Source of the DNA: Chrysomallon squamiferum
Taxonomy: Eukaryota; Animalia; Mollusca
DNA: 64,000 nucleotides
Assembly: GCA_012295275.1 (NCBI GenBank)
Contig: CM022673.1
Span: 15,438,001-15,502,000, forward strand
Direction: 5' to 3'
How positions within the stretch are numbered: the stretch's first letter is position 1; each line of letters starts with the position of its first letter. Below the pieces are notes generated by a model. The model was not told the DNA's origin. It saw only the letters and a program-made list of their open reading frames with translations, and did no database searches. A program made the position numbers and the translations under genes. Shown here piece by piece: positions 26,888 to 41,546 of this stretch.

Positions 26888-28349
26888 ATGAAAATTTTGA
26901 ATATGAACCTTTTCATATTTATAATGTATCTGCACAAAGCTGAGAACTGTCAGTCGTAAGTAAAGAATTTCTTCTTCTTGTTTTCTTACTCTCTTTCTTA
27001 CATAGCTATTTTTGAGCAGTCATCTTATTTATTTATTTATTTATTTACTTGTAGTTTGTTTCGTTCCAGCGAACTGTTTCATTCAACTCAATAGAAAGAA
27101 TGCTAGATACATTGGTAAACTTAGTGTTGCAGCTGACGGTAGTACGTGTCAGCAATGGACAGACAAATACGGTGCCAATGATATATATCGGTTTCGCAGA
27201 TGATGAATCTGTAAAGGCAGCACCGAATTATTGCAGTGATCCTGACGTATCTGGTATATTATGGTGTTATGTCAATGGAAAACCCAAAGTGTGCGATATT
27301 CGGAAATGCGACGGTTTGTAAATTTGATATATGTAACAAAATATTTATTCAGTTTATTCATTAAAGAAACATGTAATTAAATGAAGTATTTTCCAAATAA
27401 TAATTCTTTCCAGAATGTTTCGATCTGGTAGATGGAAGAGTTGACTATAGAGGAACACAATAAATTACAGTTTCGGGATTTATGTGCCAAAAATGGCAGG
27501 ACCAGTTTCAGAATTTCGTCTATTTTGTGGCACCTAGAAGATTTCCTGAAAATACTATAGAAGATGCAGAAAACTTTTGCCGTGATCCGGATTTTTCTGG
27601 CTCTCCATGGTGCTACACTACAGAGAACAATGGATGGGAAACATGTGGAATTCCGCAATGCAAAGGTTACTCTGTTATTTCTGTTTCGAAACACACCCAA
27701 ATTTGAACAGCCTAACTGTAATATAGTTGTCATATTATTGAGAAATACTAATGCTTCAAATTGTCATTATAAAAGCAACAGTGTCCTTCATAACATACAG
27801 GACTGACAATGCTAGTACTATTGCTACTATTACTGTTCCTGCTTCTGTTGCTATCACAACTACTGCTATAATTACTAATAGTATTTCTACTAATACTGCT
27901 ACAACATTAATACAAGAAATAATATTACAATATAAAATGTAGCTTGTTAATATTTCTGTTGTTGTTGTTACTATTACAATTTGTATGACAATGTATTTGT
28001 TTAGTTTAATAAGAAATATGAAAGCGATAGATCATATGTCATACTTTTGTCAAACTTATTAGATTACAAATACAGAGCTAATTATGAATAAATTAAAGTT
28101 TTTGGAACAACGTTTCTTTCCAGAATGTTGCTATGAAATAGACCACACGGCCTACTACAATGGAACAAAATTAGTTACGTTTTCAGGATTACCATGCCAA
28201 AGATGGGACATGCAACATCCACATAAACAATGGTTTTGCTGCTGTTGATATGTATGTTAAACATAACTATTGCCGTGATCCAGATGGTTCTCGTTTTCCA
28301 TACTATGTCAACGATTAGATGGGAATCGTGTGGAATTCCGAGGTGCTAA
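26888..28349 (+). pseudogene. Gene E: 3-kringle pseudogene (signal exon 26888-26955, K1 27070-27313, K2 27414-27665, K3 28124-28349)
   Basis: Signal exon is 68 nt (5 nt shorter than in D, so out of phase); +1 frameshift in K1 (~27197); in-frame TAA at 27461-27463 in K2; deletions and frameshifts in K3. Each exon carries its own lesion. Confidence 0.92.
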
Positions 28350-29072
28350 GGTTACTGTATTACCTCTGTTTTTCTGTCAAATGCGAAAGCAAACCTTATA
28401 TAGTGTGAAAAATACTAATAAAACAACTATCAGAAGGTTTTCTCCTTTTTCATGGATTTAAAGATGATATAGGCAAAACAATTTACTGAATTTACACACA
28501 CACACACACAGAGACATACAAACTCACGCATTCATAGACACATTCATACATACAAACATACATACATACATACAAACATACATAAATACATACATATAAA
28601 AATACTTACGTTCACCAAGCACACACACGCATACATACATACATACTAACATGAACACACACACTCACATACACACATAAAGACAAATATAGATGCATAT
28701 ATACTTACATACATATACTAAAAACAAAATAATAATAAAAGAATGACGAAAGCCAAAAAGAACCGCGTGTTTCGTAGGAAGCAATGATTACCCTCGGTTA
28801 CTGAGCAGCCCGTTTTACGTTTCTCTTGATGGCTGAACAGTATCGTCGTCCGCCTTCGGAATGCAGGTGAATGGGTGCCATAATACATGATTTTATATAC
28901 ACACTATATCTGTAATATAATCGCGATGCAAATGTGTTCTTACACTACCATTAGTACAAGTGATACTGTTGCAGCTGCTACTACTTCTGCTGCTGATGCT
29001 TCTTACTGTTAATACTACAGCTACTGCTAGTATTATAACATGTGGTAGTTTTAACTCCGATTATCGTCACCT

Positions 29073-29122
<50 letters not shown>

Positions 29123-29239
29123 CATGGCAATCGTAATAGCACTTCTTATAAAAGAAGGTGACTTTAGACCTGTGGTACGGATCTGGAGATATCGCCTTTA
29201 TTTTATATATATATATATATATATCACTCACATTAACTC

Positions 29240-29284
<45 letters not shown>

Positions 29285-29559
29285 AAGAGATATTTGACAG
29301 ATACATACAGACAGACATATATATACATGTATGTGTGTGTGAAACAATAACACAACAATATTTCTTCATTTTTATTATTTGTCTGAAACTCCAGTTAACG
29401 ACAATACTGATTACTTCAAATTTATTTCCAGTAAGAAAAAATATACCTCAAATAAGAAGGTACATTTCAATTAGAATAACCCATCTATGTCGAATTTCTT
29501 TTTCAGACTGCACTTTGAAGTGCAAAAGTGTCCCTACATCTCAGATGTCCACTAAACAG

Positions 29560-30170
29560 AAGGATAAAATGTACAGACAAATGTTGGGACGCAATTACAA
29601 TCTTTATTTACAAACACCACACCAGGACTCAGAGAAAATATAAATCGTCCTAGACGGGCATTGTCAAAGCAAGAATCACGGATTTCTCCTAAAGCACAGT
29701 TGCAAACATATCGAGTTCATTGATGGAAGTTAATGTAACAGTTTGCAAGTCACAAACTCATAATAAGCAAATATTGCATTTGAACTCCAAATAGAGCTCT
29801 AATTTGTGCCAGCCGCACCTAACAGCAAGTCCGCTCAGATGTTGTGTTTATAAATATCCATGGAATGATGTTGAATTATTGAATTATCAAAATTATATGG
29901 CAAACGGTGATTCAACAAGCATAACACATCGTATAAAGCTGCCGTACAACAATACAAATATTTATTTTGGAGAAAACAAATCAGTATTACTGTTCACAGT
30001 AGAATCATAATAAAAAATACTGCCCGTATCCTCGTTCGATATTCAGTCATCTACGATATCCGCTCATCTAAGGGACACATCCACTGAAAAACAATTCGGA
30101 CTCGAAAAAGTGCCCATACATCGCAGGTAGCCGTTCATCTCGGGCGCCTCTAATGACAGGTACCACTGTA
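29560..30170. mobile_element. Non-autonomous DNA transposon / MITE-like repeat; related copies at ~48060-48636 and ~60125-60503
   Basis: Shared internal sequence (atgatgttgaat..attatca.aattat; tataaagct.cc.tacaa; ccgct.atctaa.ggaca) and terminus gacaggtaccactg|ta, resembling TA-flanked CAGTGG ends of Tc1/pogo-type MITEs. Confidence 0.55.
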
Positions 30171-31332
30171 TTTGTGTTATGAACAGAAATATTAATTGTT
30201 TGATTATTTAGTTTGTTTCTTTGTTTTCTTAATTTCTTTTTGTTTTTTTATGTGCTTGTTGTTGTTTGTTAAATTTTGTGATTCTTATTACTGTTGTTGT
30301 TGTTGTTTGTTCTTGTTTTTGTTTTTTTGTAAATGTTTTTTATTTTTTTTTTTTTTTTTGCTTCTGTTATTGTTGTTAAATGTGAGTGAAATGGGGTTTT
30401 GTCAATGCTGGCTGTTGAATGAACAGTGGATCTTAGTGCAGTCAAGTTTTGTGTGATTAAAATGTGGCCTTGGTTAGAGGGCTCGTCTTACTGATCCTGG
30501 ATGATTACTTTATCATCAGGGTGACAGAAAAGGAAAAACTATAAAACAAAATCAATAGTAATAGCAGCAGTAACAATAGGACTAATAGTACCAGGTAGAA
30601 GAAACTTTAAAAATAAAACATGAAACTACATTGTCATAATGACTATCTGAATGAGTTAAAAAGAGAATAAAACAAAATGAATAAATCTTATGTTACAATC
30701 AGTTAAAACAAAAAAAAGAACAAAAACATAAATCAGTCTGGATATATTTCTTTGTCAACGGTGTAAAAATTAGTGTATCAAATAATCAGAACAAAATCAT
30801 GGCTTCGTGTATATTTTTCTATTCTTTCTCATTTTTGCTGAAATATTTCGATATAATGATGAACGAATTATTTTTCGTTCAGTGGCCCCATGGGATTTGA
30901 GCTTTGCTCACTGTGACATAATAATTACCCGAACAGAGCGGATATATTAATTTTATTTATCAATTAACAACAAGGTTGGCGTTTCCAAACAGAAGCAACG
31001 CAAAAGACGCAGTACGCTGTTTAATATAAAATTCGTATATTATTGATCGTAACAGTCTGAAATGATCTATTTTTGAGTGGTCTCCCTTTAGATGTGAGCT
31101 TTGTTTGTACCAAGCAACTATCCCCAGGTTGTTTTATACCTAGATTTGAATCAGATTCTAATATTGATTGATAAAAAATAAAATAAAATAAAATAAAATG
31201 ATTTTGCTGCATCATCCTTTACTCATACTATACGATTATTTTAGAAAATAACTGCCAAACATAAATAAACAAATATTTTTGGAAAACTGAAATGCAAAAA
31301 TCAGACAAAAATGATAATGCAAATGACGTCGA

Positions 31333-31395
<63 letters not shown>

Positions 31396-31789
31396 TTTTA
31401 TTATTACTATTACTGATATATTATTACTAACTTCATCATCATCATCATCATATTATTATTATTATTATTATTATTTCATTCCTGTATATGTATATAGGTT
31501 TGCACGTGTATCAGTGTATGTAGTATGTTTCTCTACGTAAGTATGTGCACGCAGTTATCAATAAATACTTCAGAATCCATATGCAAATAGATTAAAACCA
31601 TACTTTTTCATTTATTTTGCGTTTCTTATTTGTATTTTTATTTATTTATTTATTTACTTATTTATCTATCTATCTAGCTAGCTAGCTAGCTATTTTTCTA
31701 TTTATTTACTAATCCTTTTATTTATTTATCTGTTTATGTATTTATGTATTTATTTATAATTTAAAACAAAGAAAGCAACAGCACAGTAC

Positions 31790-31960
31790 TGAATATTCTG
31801 ACAACGACAGTGATTAATCATCAAGAAATCTGAGTATAAATATAATGTAGTTTATATTCCGCAATTTTCAGTATTCAGTAACAAAGCATTCGTCTGCTCC
31901 ACCCTGTACTTCAACTAAGTGAAACTGACTAGCTACTAAACTGAAGGTGAACGTATGTAT
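31790..31960 (+). pseudogene. Unit F: orphan promoter (TATAAA 31835-31840) and non-coding exon 1 (donor gtatgt 31953) with no coding exons downstream
   Basis: Aligns to 19580-19730; followed by a piece of the pre-K3 intron (32340-32400 ~ 28010-28070) and the family 3' flank (33093-33185 ~ 17863 and 25177). Confidence 0.65.
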
Positions 31961-34383
31961 CTTAATGACTTCTCTCTTACTTGCACCTGTTTTTAGCTTT
32001 CAACTTAGTCTTCTTTTCTCCTTTATTTCTTCTTATCTCCATTTTTTCATCAGTATTGTCAGCCTGTAGTTGCAGTTGTAGTAGCAGTGTAGCTTTATTA
32101 TTAGCTGTTGTAGTAGTTGTTGCTGCTGTACTACTAATTGTAGTAATAGTAGTAGTAGTAGTAGTAGAGGTACTACTACAATGACTAATAGTATTTATAG
32201 TAGTACTGCTACTAAGTTAATACCAAAACAAATATTATTCAACACAAAATATTACTTCTATTGTACTTGTTGTTGTTGTTGTTGTTGTTGTCATGATTTC
32301 TAATATATTTCGTATGAAATTGTTTTCGTTTTGTTTCAGCAGAAATATGAAAGTTATAGTCCGTATGTGATAATTTGTGTCAAATATGTGTGAAATACGA
32401 AACCAAACAAATCATAATAAAATTACTAAACAGTCTGTATTATTTTATTTTTTTCTAATCATAAATAATGGATGCCGTATTTACACTTTGAATTTATGTA
32501 CACATAATTACATAAATATTATACACATACATACATACATTCATATATATATATATATATATATATGAGTTTATGTATGTGTATAATATACACATATATA
32601 TACAAATATACATATCGATGCATACATATATAAAAACACATTCATACATACACACGTATAATAGTAGCAGGTGGAAGAAATAGGAAAAAACGAAATGATG
32701 AAGATGTGCGTGCGAAAAAAGGAGAAGAAACCTAAATGAATAAATTTTATATTATAATCAGTTAAAAGAAACAAACAAAACAACAAACCAAAACAAAACA
32801 AAAAGAAAAGAAACACAAACAAATAAAAAAAATTATTAATCAATCTGGATGAAAAAATAACAATAACAAACATAGAACCCATGAACTAACTATATATATT
32901 CATTTATTCATTTTAAATTTATCTTTCAGTTTTAATTTGTTTCATATATTAACTTTCTTTATTCAACAAAAAAAACAATAATAAAAAAAAAAATATATAT
33001 ATATATAAACAAATAAATAAAAATACTATTTTAGTTCAATAGTCATCAAACGCCTACTTATTATAATTAACATAACTACCCAGAACCATACAGATAATGT
33101 ATCAAATGCAGTGCTAGGTGATTGTTTTCTTTATATAAGTGCATGTGAAACAGCATCAGTTGAAGAAATTATTCCATGAAGTGAAGGATGATGATGAAGA
33201 TGATGTTCTTATTATTATTACTATTATTACTAGTAGTAGTAAAATTATTGTTTTCATAAGGACTAAAAAGCAGAAAGCGATTGCCTTGTAATCTTCTTTG
33301 AAATTTTCGTTTTCTTTTTTATTTCATTCATTAATATTTTCTTGTTTTTAATGTATTTTATTTTATTTTTATTTACTTTTTTATTTTTATTTTTATAATC
33401 GCCAAATATGTAAGTAAATAGCATTAACGGTTGTATGGTTGTATTTTTAATATATATATAACCAATATATGCATACTTCATACCGAAACTGACGATAGTT
33501 TGTTTGTTGTTTTTTTTGGGGGGTTGGGGTTTTTTTTGTTTGTTTTTGAACATAGTTTTAATTAAAAAATATATATTCCGATAGGAAAGATATCCACTGA
33601 ATTGATTCATTTATGTCTACGGTTACCGTTTGAAGAGTATTGCCTCATTTCAAAAAGAGTCTAGTTGCGGCCATGATATGTATGTCACGACCTGATTGAA
33701 AACAACCGAGATCAAATTCAACCTTCTCGCAAAGCTCACTTCTAAAAGGAGATAACTCTAGATCAGTCATTAATAGTAATCCAATGCTTTAATATGAATC
33801 CGTGTCAAGCATATTTTGTGTTATTTTCTACAGAAACATTTATTTAAATAAATCTTCTTGTTATATTACGGAAGAAGCAATGTAATGTGTTTATTGTAAT
33901 CAGAAGGATATAATTACGCGAGGCTGATGACAGAAAACGGTTTTTTAAATTAATTTATGGCATATTATTAGGCCATTTATATACATGAAATGTTATTAAA
34001 TAGTTCTTCATGCTAGCCTACATTTCAAAAAAAACAACCCCCACCAAAAAAAAAACCCCACCTATCATAAATAGATAAAAATATGTTGTTGATCAGAAAT
34101 TCTTATCTACCACCGGAAACATGGACTCTTTTAACGAACAAATGACACAGTATTTCAAAAATAGCCTATATGTACATCAACGAAAAATATATTTATCAGC
34201 TGTAGTGACAGTTATATCGGGAAAATGATCTTAATAAAAAATAAAAACCATAATTTGATTTGGCGACTAAATAATGCTTGCTGCAAGTTAATCGTTCAGA
34301 TTACCATCCCTTCGCTTCCCCACCAATAAACCTTAAAAATTAAAAACATTTAAATAACAATAACAATAATTATAATAATAATA

Positions 34384-34427
<44 letters not shown>

Positions 34428-34589
34428 CAAAATAATGAAAAAAATAAAATGAAATAAAATATAATTCATCAAAATCAAAGAAACAATTAAAAAAAGAATT
34501 AGATTGTATTAATAATTCTCTGTAATGTTTTCCCCTTTTTCTAGTTAGATTATATTTTCAATGAGACAAAACAAAAATAGAAATGGTTG

Positions 34590-35432
34590 TAAATCTGTGT
34601 TCAGTAGAACAGTAAAACTGAAAATTTGGTTAAAATATTCCTCGGATCTCTAGGATGACATATTAAAAGTCCTGACAAAAAACATGTAAACATTTGATGT
34701 TTCGCTGGAAACAAAGACGCTGTAATTAGTGTCGTTCATGAGCAGGTACTAAAAATCAAACAGACATCAGTTTTGTCAGAGGCATTATTGTCCATTATTT
34801 ACACATTTAGATTGTGTTTTCTCATTTTCTATACGTTAGAACTCACGTAGCCTCGTCCTAATAAACAAGAGAACTACATATGTTTTCCTGTTACAATTTG
34901 TATCATCTTCATCAGTCTGTTCATCTGGAAATTGTACTTCATCATTGTCTTGTTCGTCAGTCTATGATATATTAAGTCTTCGTCTAATTATATCATACTG
35001 CCGACGTACAGTTGATGATATCTTTACCTGCAAGACCAGACGCTCCTGGCGTTTTGTTAACCATTCTACGAGTTTCCTTATTCTCTGGTTATCATGTAAC
35101 TGGTATTATTCCTGGTGTTTTTATGGTAATATCAATCGTACAAGAGCCTGTATGTCATTACTATGTCGAACTCTGAAGGAAAACCTCAGGAATTCTGTTT
35201 GTATCATTTTGTCATCCATCTTGGACACCAGATGATGATGAATTATTTCACGAATCGTATATATTGGTGCAGTTGTAAAATTTACTGATGGAAAGCATAT
35301 AGTGAGGCTCAGAATAACTTATCACTTACAGGTAAGGTTTTAAGTGTGTAATGGTGGTAATGGGGTAAGTTCAAATTTAAAAAACAATAGTGAGATTTGT
35401 TCGAGGTCCGTGAAATTGAGGGTCAACAGTAT
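34590..35432. mobile_element. Unidentified degenerate repeat ending in a MITE-like terminus
   Basis: Complex sequence ending gttcgaggtccgtgaaattgagggtcaacag|ta, similar to TA-flanked pogo/Tc1-type termini; no diagnostic protein motif. Confidence 0.3.
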
Positions 35433-37538
35433 ATAATTATGCTTCATTTATTTTAATGCGACAGTAGCTCACAAGTGATAATTGGCGACTTTTAGCATAT
35501 TGTTTCTAACTGTGTCTGCCGAGTTATATCTGTCGCTGTTGTTGGTTTTTATTTTATTTTTATTTCTATTCAAAAGCCCTTTATGTACAATACAGCAGCG
35601 GTTTCGTTCTTAGTTACCTGTATTCGCAAAGCATATATTTCAAAGCGTTCTTAATCATTGCAATAAAGCAAACTCTTTTAATCAAATCCACCAAAGCAAC
35701 GCAGTTCTTCGATGATGCAGCAACCTAAAGGCACACAGTAATTAGATATATCAAATTTTCTACAATAACAATATAATAATAATAATAACAAAAATAATAA
35801 TAATCATAAACAGCAGTAATAAAAATGAGAATTTTTTTATAATTAATGATTTATGTAAATTTAAAACTGATATTTTATCTGCAATGCAATTTACGCTTCA
35901 TATGGTATATTTTGATTTTGTTAGAAACTAACTGAAAAAGATCGAAAACTCCTCGATTACTGACATTATTTTTAAAATTAATTAAAAACGTTTAATCAAT
36001 TTTTCATTAAAAAATTAAAATTAAAAATGAAAGAGCATTAACGTTCCAAAGAAAAGATAATTGAAAGTAAATTTATAAATATTATTTTATTATCCGGTTA
36101 TCTTACAGAACTCTTATTTTTACTCGGGATTCGAGTTTAAAGTAATAAATATTGTCAGCAACTGCAATTTTAGACAAATAAAAACATTAATTAATGTTGT
36201 GGTATTATTATTATTTATAGTAATAATAATATTGGTAACAGAGAATTTCTATGACATAAGGGAAATGAAAAAATAATATCTTTTTTCTTTAAATTTATTC
36301 AGAAAAATGTTAATTTTCATAAAAACTGAAAATTCTTGTTGATTTGTTGTTCTGCAGTCTACATGTATCCATAATTTCAAGACTATAAACTATCACCCAT
36401 ACCAAAATGGCACTGACATTGCATTTCACCCAATATATAGCGTCAGTAGAATCAGTGGATGTTTAAAATACTTTCTGAAAGTAAGTAGCCAAAAAATGGA
36501 TTTAAAGTAATTTGCTCAGTCAATGTAACGATCATTACAAAAACATCTAAACGGTTTATGTCAGAAAAAAAACCTAAAAGTATATAATAATGTTCTTTCT
36601 AATTCTCTTAACATTAGTCAAGTCAAAGAGCCTGGTGGGTTATTCAATATGATAAGCGAGATAGATGTAAAGCAGATTTATAATAGGAAATAAGAAGTGG
36701 CTGTTATGCACCAAGCTGGAAATAGTCGTCAAAATATTCTAAGACAAGGTGAAGGAAATGTTGCTGCCACCCACCAGTTGCTTTAGATTTCTAAAGAATT
36801 CTACACTAATCCCAACGATGATAGAAGATGGTATATTACAATCAAGCTTTTCTTTTCCTATCTACTGATTCTAAATTAATGAATCTTACTTGTGTGAAAG
36901 GTTTCAACGACACAGTTATTTAAAAATACATCTGGTCATGATAATGCTGTTGACTATTTTCAGTCTGATGTATATTTTTTTTTTTTTTTTTACTTCAGCT
37001 TGAAGTTACAGTATTAACACTAGCTTTAGAATAATGGCACATTACTGCATGAAACTAAAGGAATAAGACAATGGATACATGGTATACCTCGGTCGCTTCG
37101 GTATAATTTTAAATGTCTATGAAAGTTTACTTACGTCATCAAATCAATTTCGTGATCTTGATCATACATTAAATGCTTTTATTATAACAGCAGTGGACCA
37201 GACACTTCTTTCCAGACACTCAGACATTTATTTTAAGTAAACGGACAAAATGTAGCATCCGTCACGGAAATGTCCGTCAAACACAACTGTGTAATAATTA
37301 ACCTTACATTATTATTTTCAAGCTGAATTATAACTGGTAGCATTCTTTCGCAATTTCACCTTCATTCCAAGGGCTAATATTTATTTGTACAATTTAATGA
37401 TTTCAAATAAATTTTGAAATAAAGTTAGAATTATATTTTTGCCCAAATTTTTTTTATATAATATCCGTAAAGCAATATTTCTGATTACCAGCACATTTCC
37501 CTATGATACTGAATATATGTGGACATAGGCAAGCCTTT

Positions 37539-37570
<32 letters not shown>

Positions 37571-38455
37571 TTATTATTATTCATACTAATACTACTCCTT
37601 CTCAGGATCAAGTTCCTGATAGCAGGACTCTAGCAATGAAGGCTGCCAGCTTTCGTGATAACATTAGTAGCAGTAGTAGTAGCATTAGTAATGATAGTAG
37701 TAGTTGTTGTTGTTGTACGAATGCAGTAATGAATGATGTTGGGATGATTTTCAGATTCTCTGAACTTCACATCGATCATTTGCAATTACCCGGCAGTAGT
37801 AATAGTAGCAGCAATAGTAGCAGTAATAGTAATTAATGTTGTTGTTGTAGTCGTAGTAGTAATAGTAGTGGTAGTAGTCGTAGAAGAAGTAGTAGTTATA
37901 TTAGTAATAGAACTAAATTGACTCCTAGAGGAAATGAAACTAAAAGCAAACTGAAAGTGATCATAGTATTTTCATTCATCTGGTTTTAATTAAAAAACAA
38001 CAAAAATGAAACTTTTTGATAAACATATTTTATTGAGCAACTAAATATTGACATTCAGTTTCTTGTTTCACAGTGCTCCGACATATCCTTAATCTGAAAT
38101 TATAAATGTTAATATATTAATATAATATGTGATAAGTGTTTTACTTTTAAAGATAATGATGATGATAATGACGATGATGATAATGATGACAACAATAATA
38201 ACAACAATTATAATACAATAAGAACAACAACAACATTATCAATAATAATAATAATAATAATAATAAATATAATAAAATGTTTGTTGTTGTTAACAAATTT
38301 ATCTGTGTACTTAGGAATTAATGTTCTGAATTATTACGTATTTCAGATTAAATTTTTCACGTAGACATGAATGAATGTCTGTATATATGTATATGTGTGT
38401 GTGTCTGTCTGTCTGTCTGAATATATGTATATACGTATGTATGTATGTGCATGTA

Positions 38456-39934
38456 TATTCTCCCAAAAAAAGAAACGCAAAAGTAGATTTTATTGACATT
38501 GGGAATATCTATCTAATGGATCAACAGAAAGCAACAGAATGTTCACACTTTACACACACTTTCGCAATTCATTAATATTGATGGTATTACACTGAAAAGG
38601 TTAAAGTTCAAATTATAACAGTATAATATCAATACCTTGTGTGCCCATCATGGGAGTCCAGAACTACCTCACATCTCCTTCCTATGGCAGTAATGACATT
38701 ACGAATTACAGCTTGTGGAATGGCGGCCCACTCTGTATGTAGTAATAATGCCAACTGAGCACGATTCTGTGGCTGTGGTTGATGCTGCCTCAGTCGTCTA
38801 TCCAACTCGATCCATAAATGCTCTATAGGGTTCAAAACCGGAGATTTAGAGGGCCAGGGCAGGACCTGAATGTTATTGTTGTGTAGGTACGCTGTTGTGA
38901 GTTTGGCTATATGTGGTCTCGCATTGTCGTGCTGGAATACAGCGTTACCATTATTCATAATTGGAGCGACATGTGGCTGCAAAATTTCATCTCGGTATCT
39001 CTGTGCCGTTAAGTTGCCTTGGATGTGAACCAGGTTGGTCAAGCCAGTGTATGAGATTGCTGATCACACCATCACACTACCACCGCCAAATCTGTCCGCT
39101 TCCTGTATGCAGTTTGCAGCAAAACGTTCACCACGACGTCTGTAAACTCGACATTGTCCATCAGCTCGACGAAGCAGAAATCGAGCCTCGTCACTAAAAC
39201 AGACAGTTCTCCATCGTAACCGAGGCCAGACTCTGTGCACTTGACACCATTGACGTCGTAGTCGACGATGTTGTTGAGTCAAAACCACTCTTCTTACAGT
39301 CTGGCTTGAATACCTGCCTCGCGTAAACGATTACGCACTGTCTGAGCCGATAATCTACTCAGACCTGGTATTGCTGAAGCAGTAGAGGTAGCCGTGGTGT
39401 TCTTTCCCCTAGATGAAGGACCCGTATGTAGCGGTCCTGGGCCCTGATGGTTACATGTGGTCTACCTGATCTGGGATAGTCACATGTTGTTTGGTGTTGC
39501 TGGAACCGATACCACAATCTCAAGATGGTGCTTGGGGATACATAGAACACCCGGGCTACGGCCGAGACGGATTCGCCAGCTTGTAAACGGCCGATGTTTC
39601 GTTGCGGTTCACTCAGTCGTGGCATTTGTTTGATGTTGGGTCAGAACAAAAATAACGAACAGAAGTTTTCGAAAACCTAGCATTTTTATAACCCTCGTAT
39701 TCAAGTTTCTTGTGCCGCACGTGCACATGCACTGGTAACGTGGTTTGCATACGGGGACGCTTTGGCTAATAAACACGATCATAGCCTTTATTTTGTGTTA
39801 CCTGCTTTTTGGCGACTGTAACAAAAGCTATACGTTTGAATCACCAAATGTTGTTATATTCATAGTTTGTATATAAGTCAGTTTACAATAGTTATCTAAC
39901 AAATCAACCATTTTGCGTTTCTTTTTGGGGAGAG

Positions 39935-39936
<2 letters not shown>
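38456..39936 (-). mobile_element. Full-length Tc1 (DD34E) transposon, 1481 bp, with a disrupted transposase (39625->38629)
   Basis: TIRs TA(T/C)TCTCCC.AAAAAGAAACGCAAAA at both ends, TA duplications at 38454-38455 and 39937-39938 inside a (TATG)n tract; MPRLSEPQRN HTH start, FSDEARF, FQHDNARPH...SPVLNPIE with 34 residues between D and E; split over three ORFs. Confidence 0.95.
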
Positions 39937-39966
<30 letters not shown>

Positions 39967-40273
39967 TGTATGTATGTATGTATGTATGTATGTATGTATG
40001 TATGTATGTATTTGCATGTATGTATGTATGTATGTATGTAAGTATTTATGTATGTATGCTAGTTGGTAAGTTTTATGTTTTTGTACTATTCCAGAATATA
40101 TGAAATTTTTAACTGATATAATGTTCTACAAAATATTCAATGAAAGTCTTGCAATACGTGCAAGAATATTAAAAATAAATAAACAAATAAATAAAAGCAG
40201 TAAAGTTGTCACTTATGAATGGTCAAAAATAAATTACAAGGATGATAACAGTGATATTTCTTTATGTTGTGCT

Positions 40274-40557
40274 TTAATATTTATTCATTTTTGTACTGTA
40301 TTGTGTTTCACATCGTGGGATTCCACATTCTTCCCATTTCGAGCTCGAGGTTGTGTAGCACCACGGGAAACCAGAGGAATCGGGATCCCGACAAAAGTTT
40401 TCTGCATCGTGTATGTCTAGTTCAGGAAATCGACTGTTGGAAGTATAACCATGGTAATGCGGTGAAAATTCGTCCCATCTTTGACAAGTTATCCCTGATG
40501 CCGTGACCCGCTTCATTCCCTGGTACTCAGCTTTGCGATTTACTTTCTTGTAACATT
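40274..40557 (-). CDS. Gene G, kringle 2 / terminal exon (ECYKKVNRKAEYQGMKRVTASGITCQRWDEFSPH...[16 protein letters not shown]...WEECGIPRCETQYSTKMNKY*)
   Basis: cttccag acceptor, phase 1, open to TAA; spliced CDS 91+252+284 = 627 nt = 208 aa. Confidence 0.9.
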
Positions 40558-40811
40558 CTGGAAGAAATCAGCATTTCAGTAATCACTGAAAATACGAAAT
40601 AACTGTTTCGACAACGTCAATGACCTGCTTCAAAGAAGTCTAAAATAATTAAGCTATTTCGTAGCTAATATGGTCTGAGTATTCAGATTTAACTAATGAA
40701 AAGGAATCGAGAGTTTATATTGTAAACAACAAAACTAGTAGTGTATTGTTATGACTGGTTAATTTCCACACTGAACAGCCAGAAAACTAAATCAAAAGGT
40801 TTTCTCAAAAC

Positions 40812-40865
<54 letters not shown>

Positions 40866-40906
40866 TAATAATAATAATAAGAAAAACAACAACAACAATA
40901 ATAATG

Positions 40907-40953
<47 letters not shown>

Positions 40954-41294
40954 TGGGGCATTTTAAAATATGCAATAAGTTTTATTGTTTCAATTATTAA
41001 ATCTTTTCTAACTAAAACGTAAGTAAATAAAGGAATGAATCAATGACTCATTCAGTGAATAAAATCTTTTTTATTTTAACATTCACTGAGGTAAAGGATA
41101 CACTTTTCAGAACGACAAAAAAGTGAAAATCATAATAATTATTGTTGCTGTTGGTAACGTTAAAAAGGATACCTATATCTTTTTCTAAACGTAAAATTAT
41201 ATTTAAAATAAATAAACAAATAAATAAAAAATTCGATAAATAAATAAATAAATAAAACAAGATTTCCTAATAACTGTACATAAATTCCAAAAAC

Positions 41295-41546
41295 CTGCGC
41301 ATTTCGGAACATTACACATTTTCCAGGTTCTGTTTGCAGCTAAGGTATAACACCATAGAAAACCAAATTTATCTGGATCCCTGCAATAATTCTTTGCCGC
41401 TTTTACAGATCCATCATATGGGAACAGATGATTATTCGAGCGATTGTATCGGTTTGTCCAATGATCACATATTGTGCCACTTTCAGTTACATGTACCGTT
41501 CCACTGTATTCAGCCATCATACGATTGCGTTTAATGTAACACTGGG
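41295..41546 (-). CDS. Gene G, kringle 1 exon (QCYIKRNRMMAEYSG...CDHWTNR...LFPYDGSVKAAKNYCRDPDKFGFLWCY...CNVPKCA)
   Basis: ctctcag acceptor, G|gttttt donor, 252 nt, phase 1-1. Confidence 0.92.
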
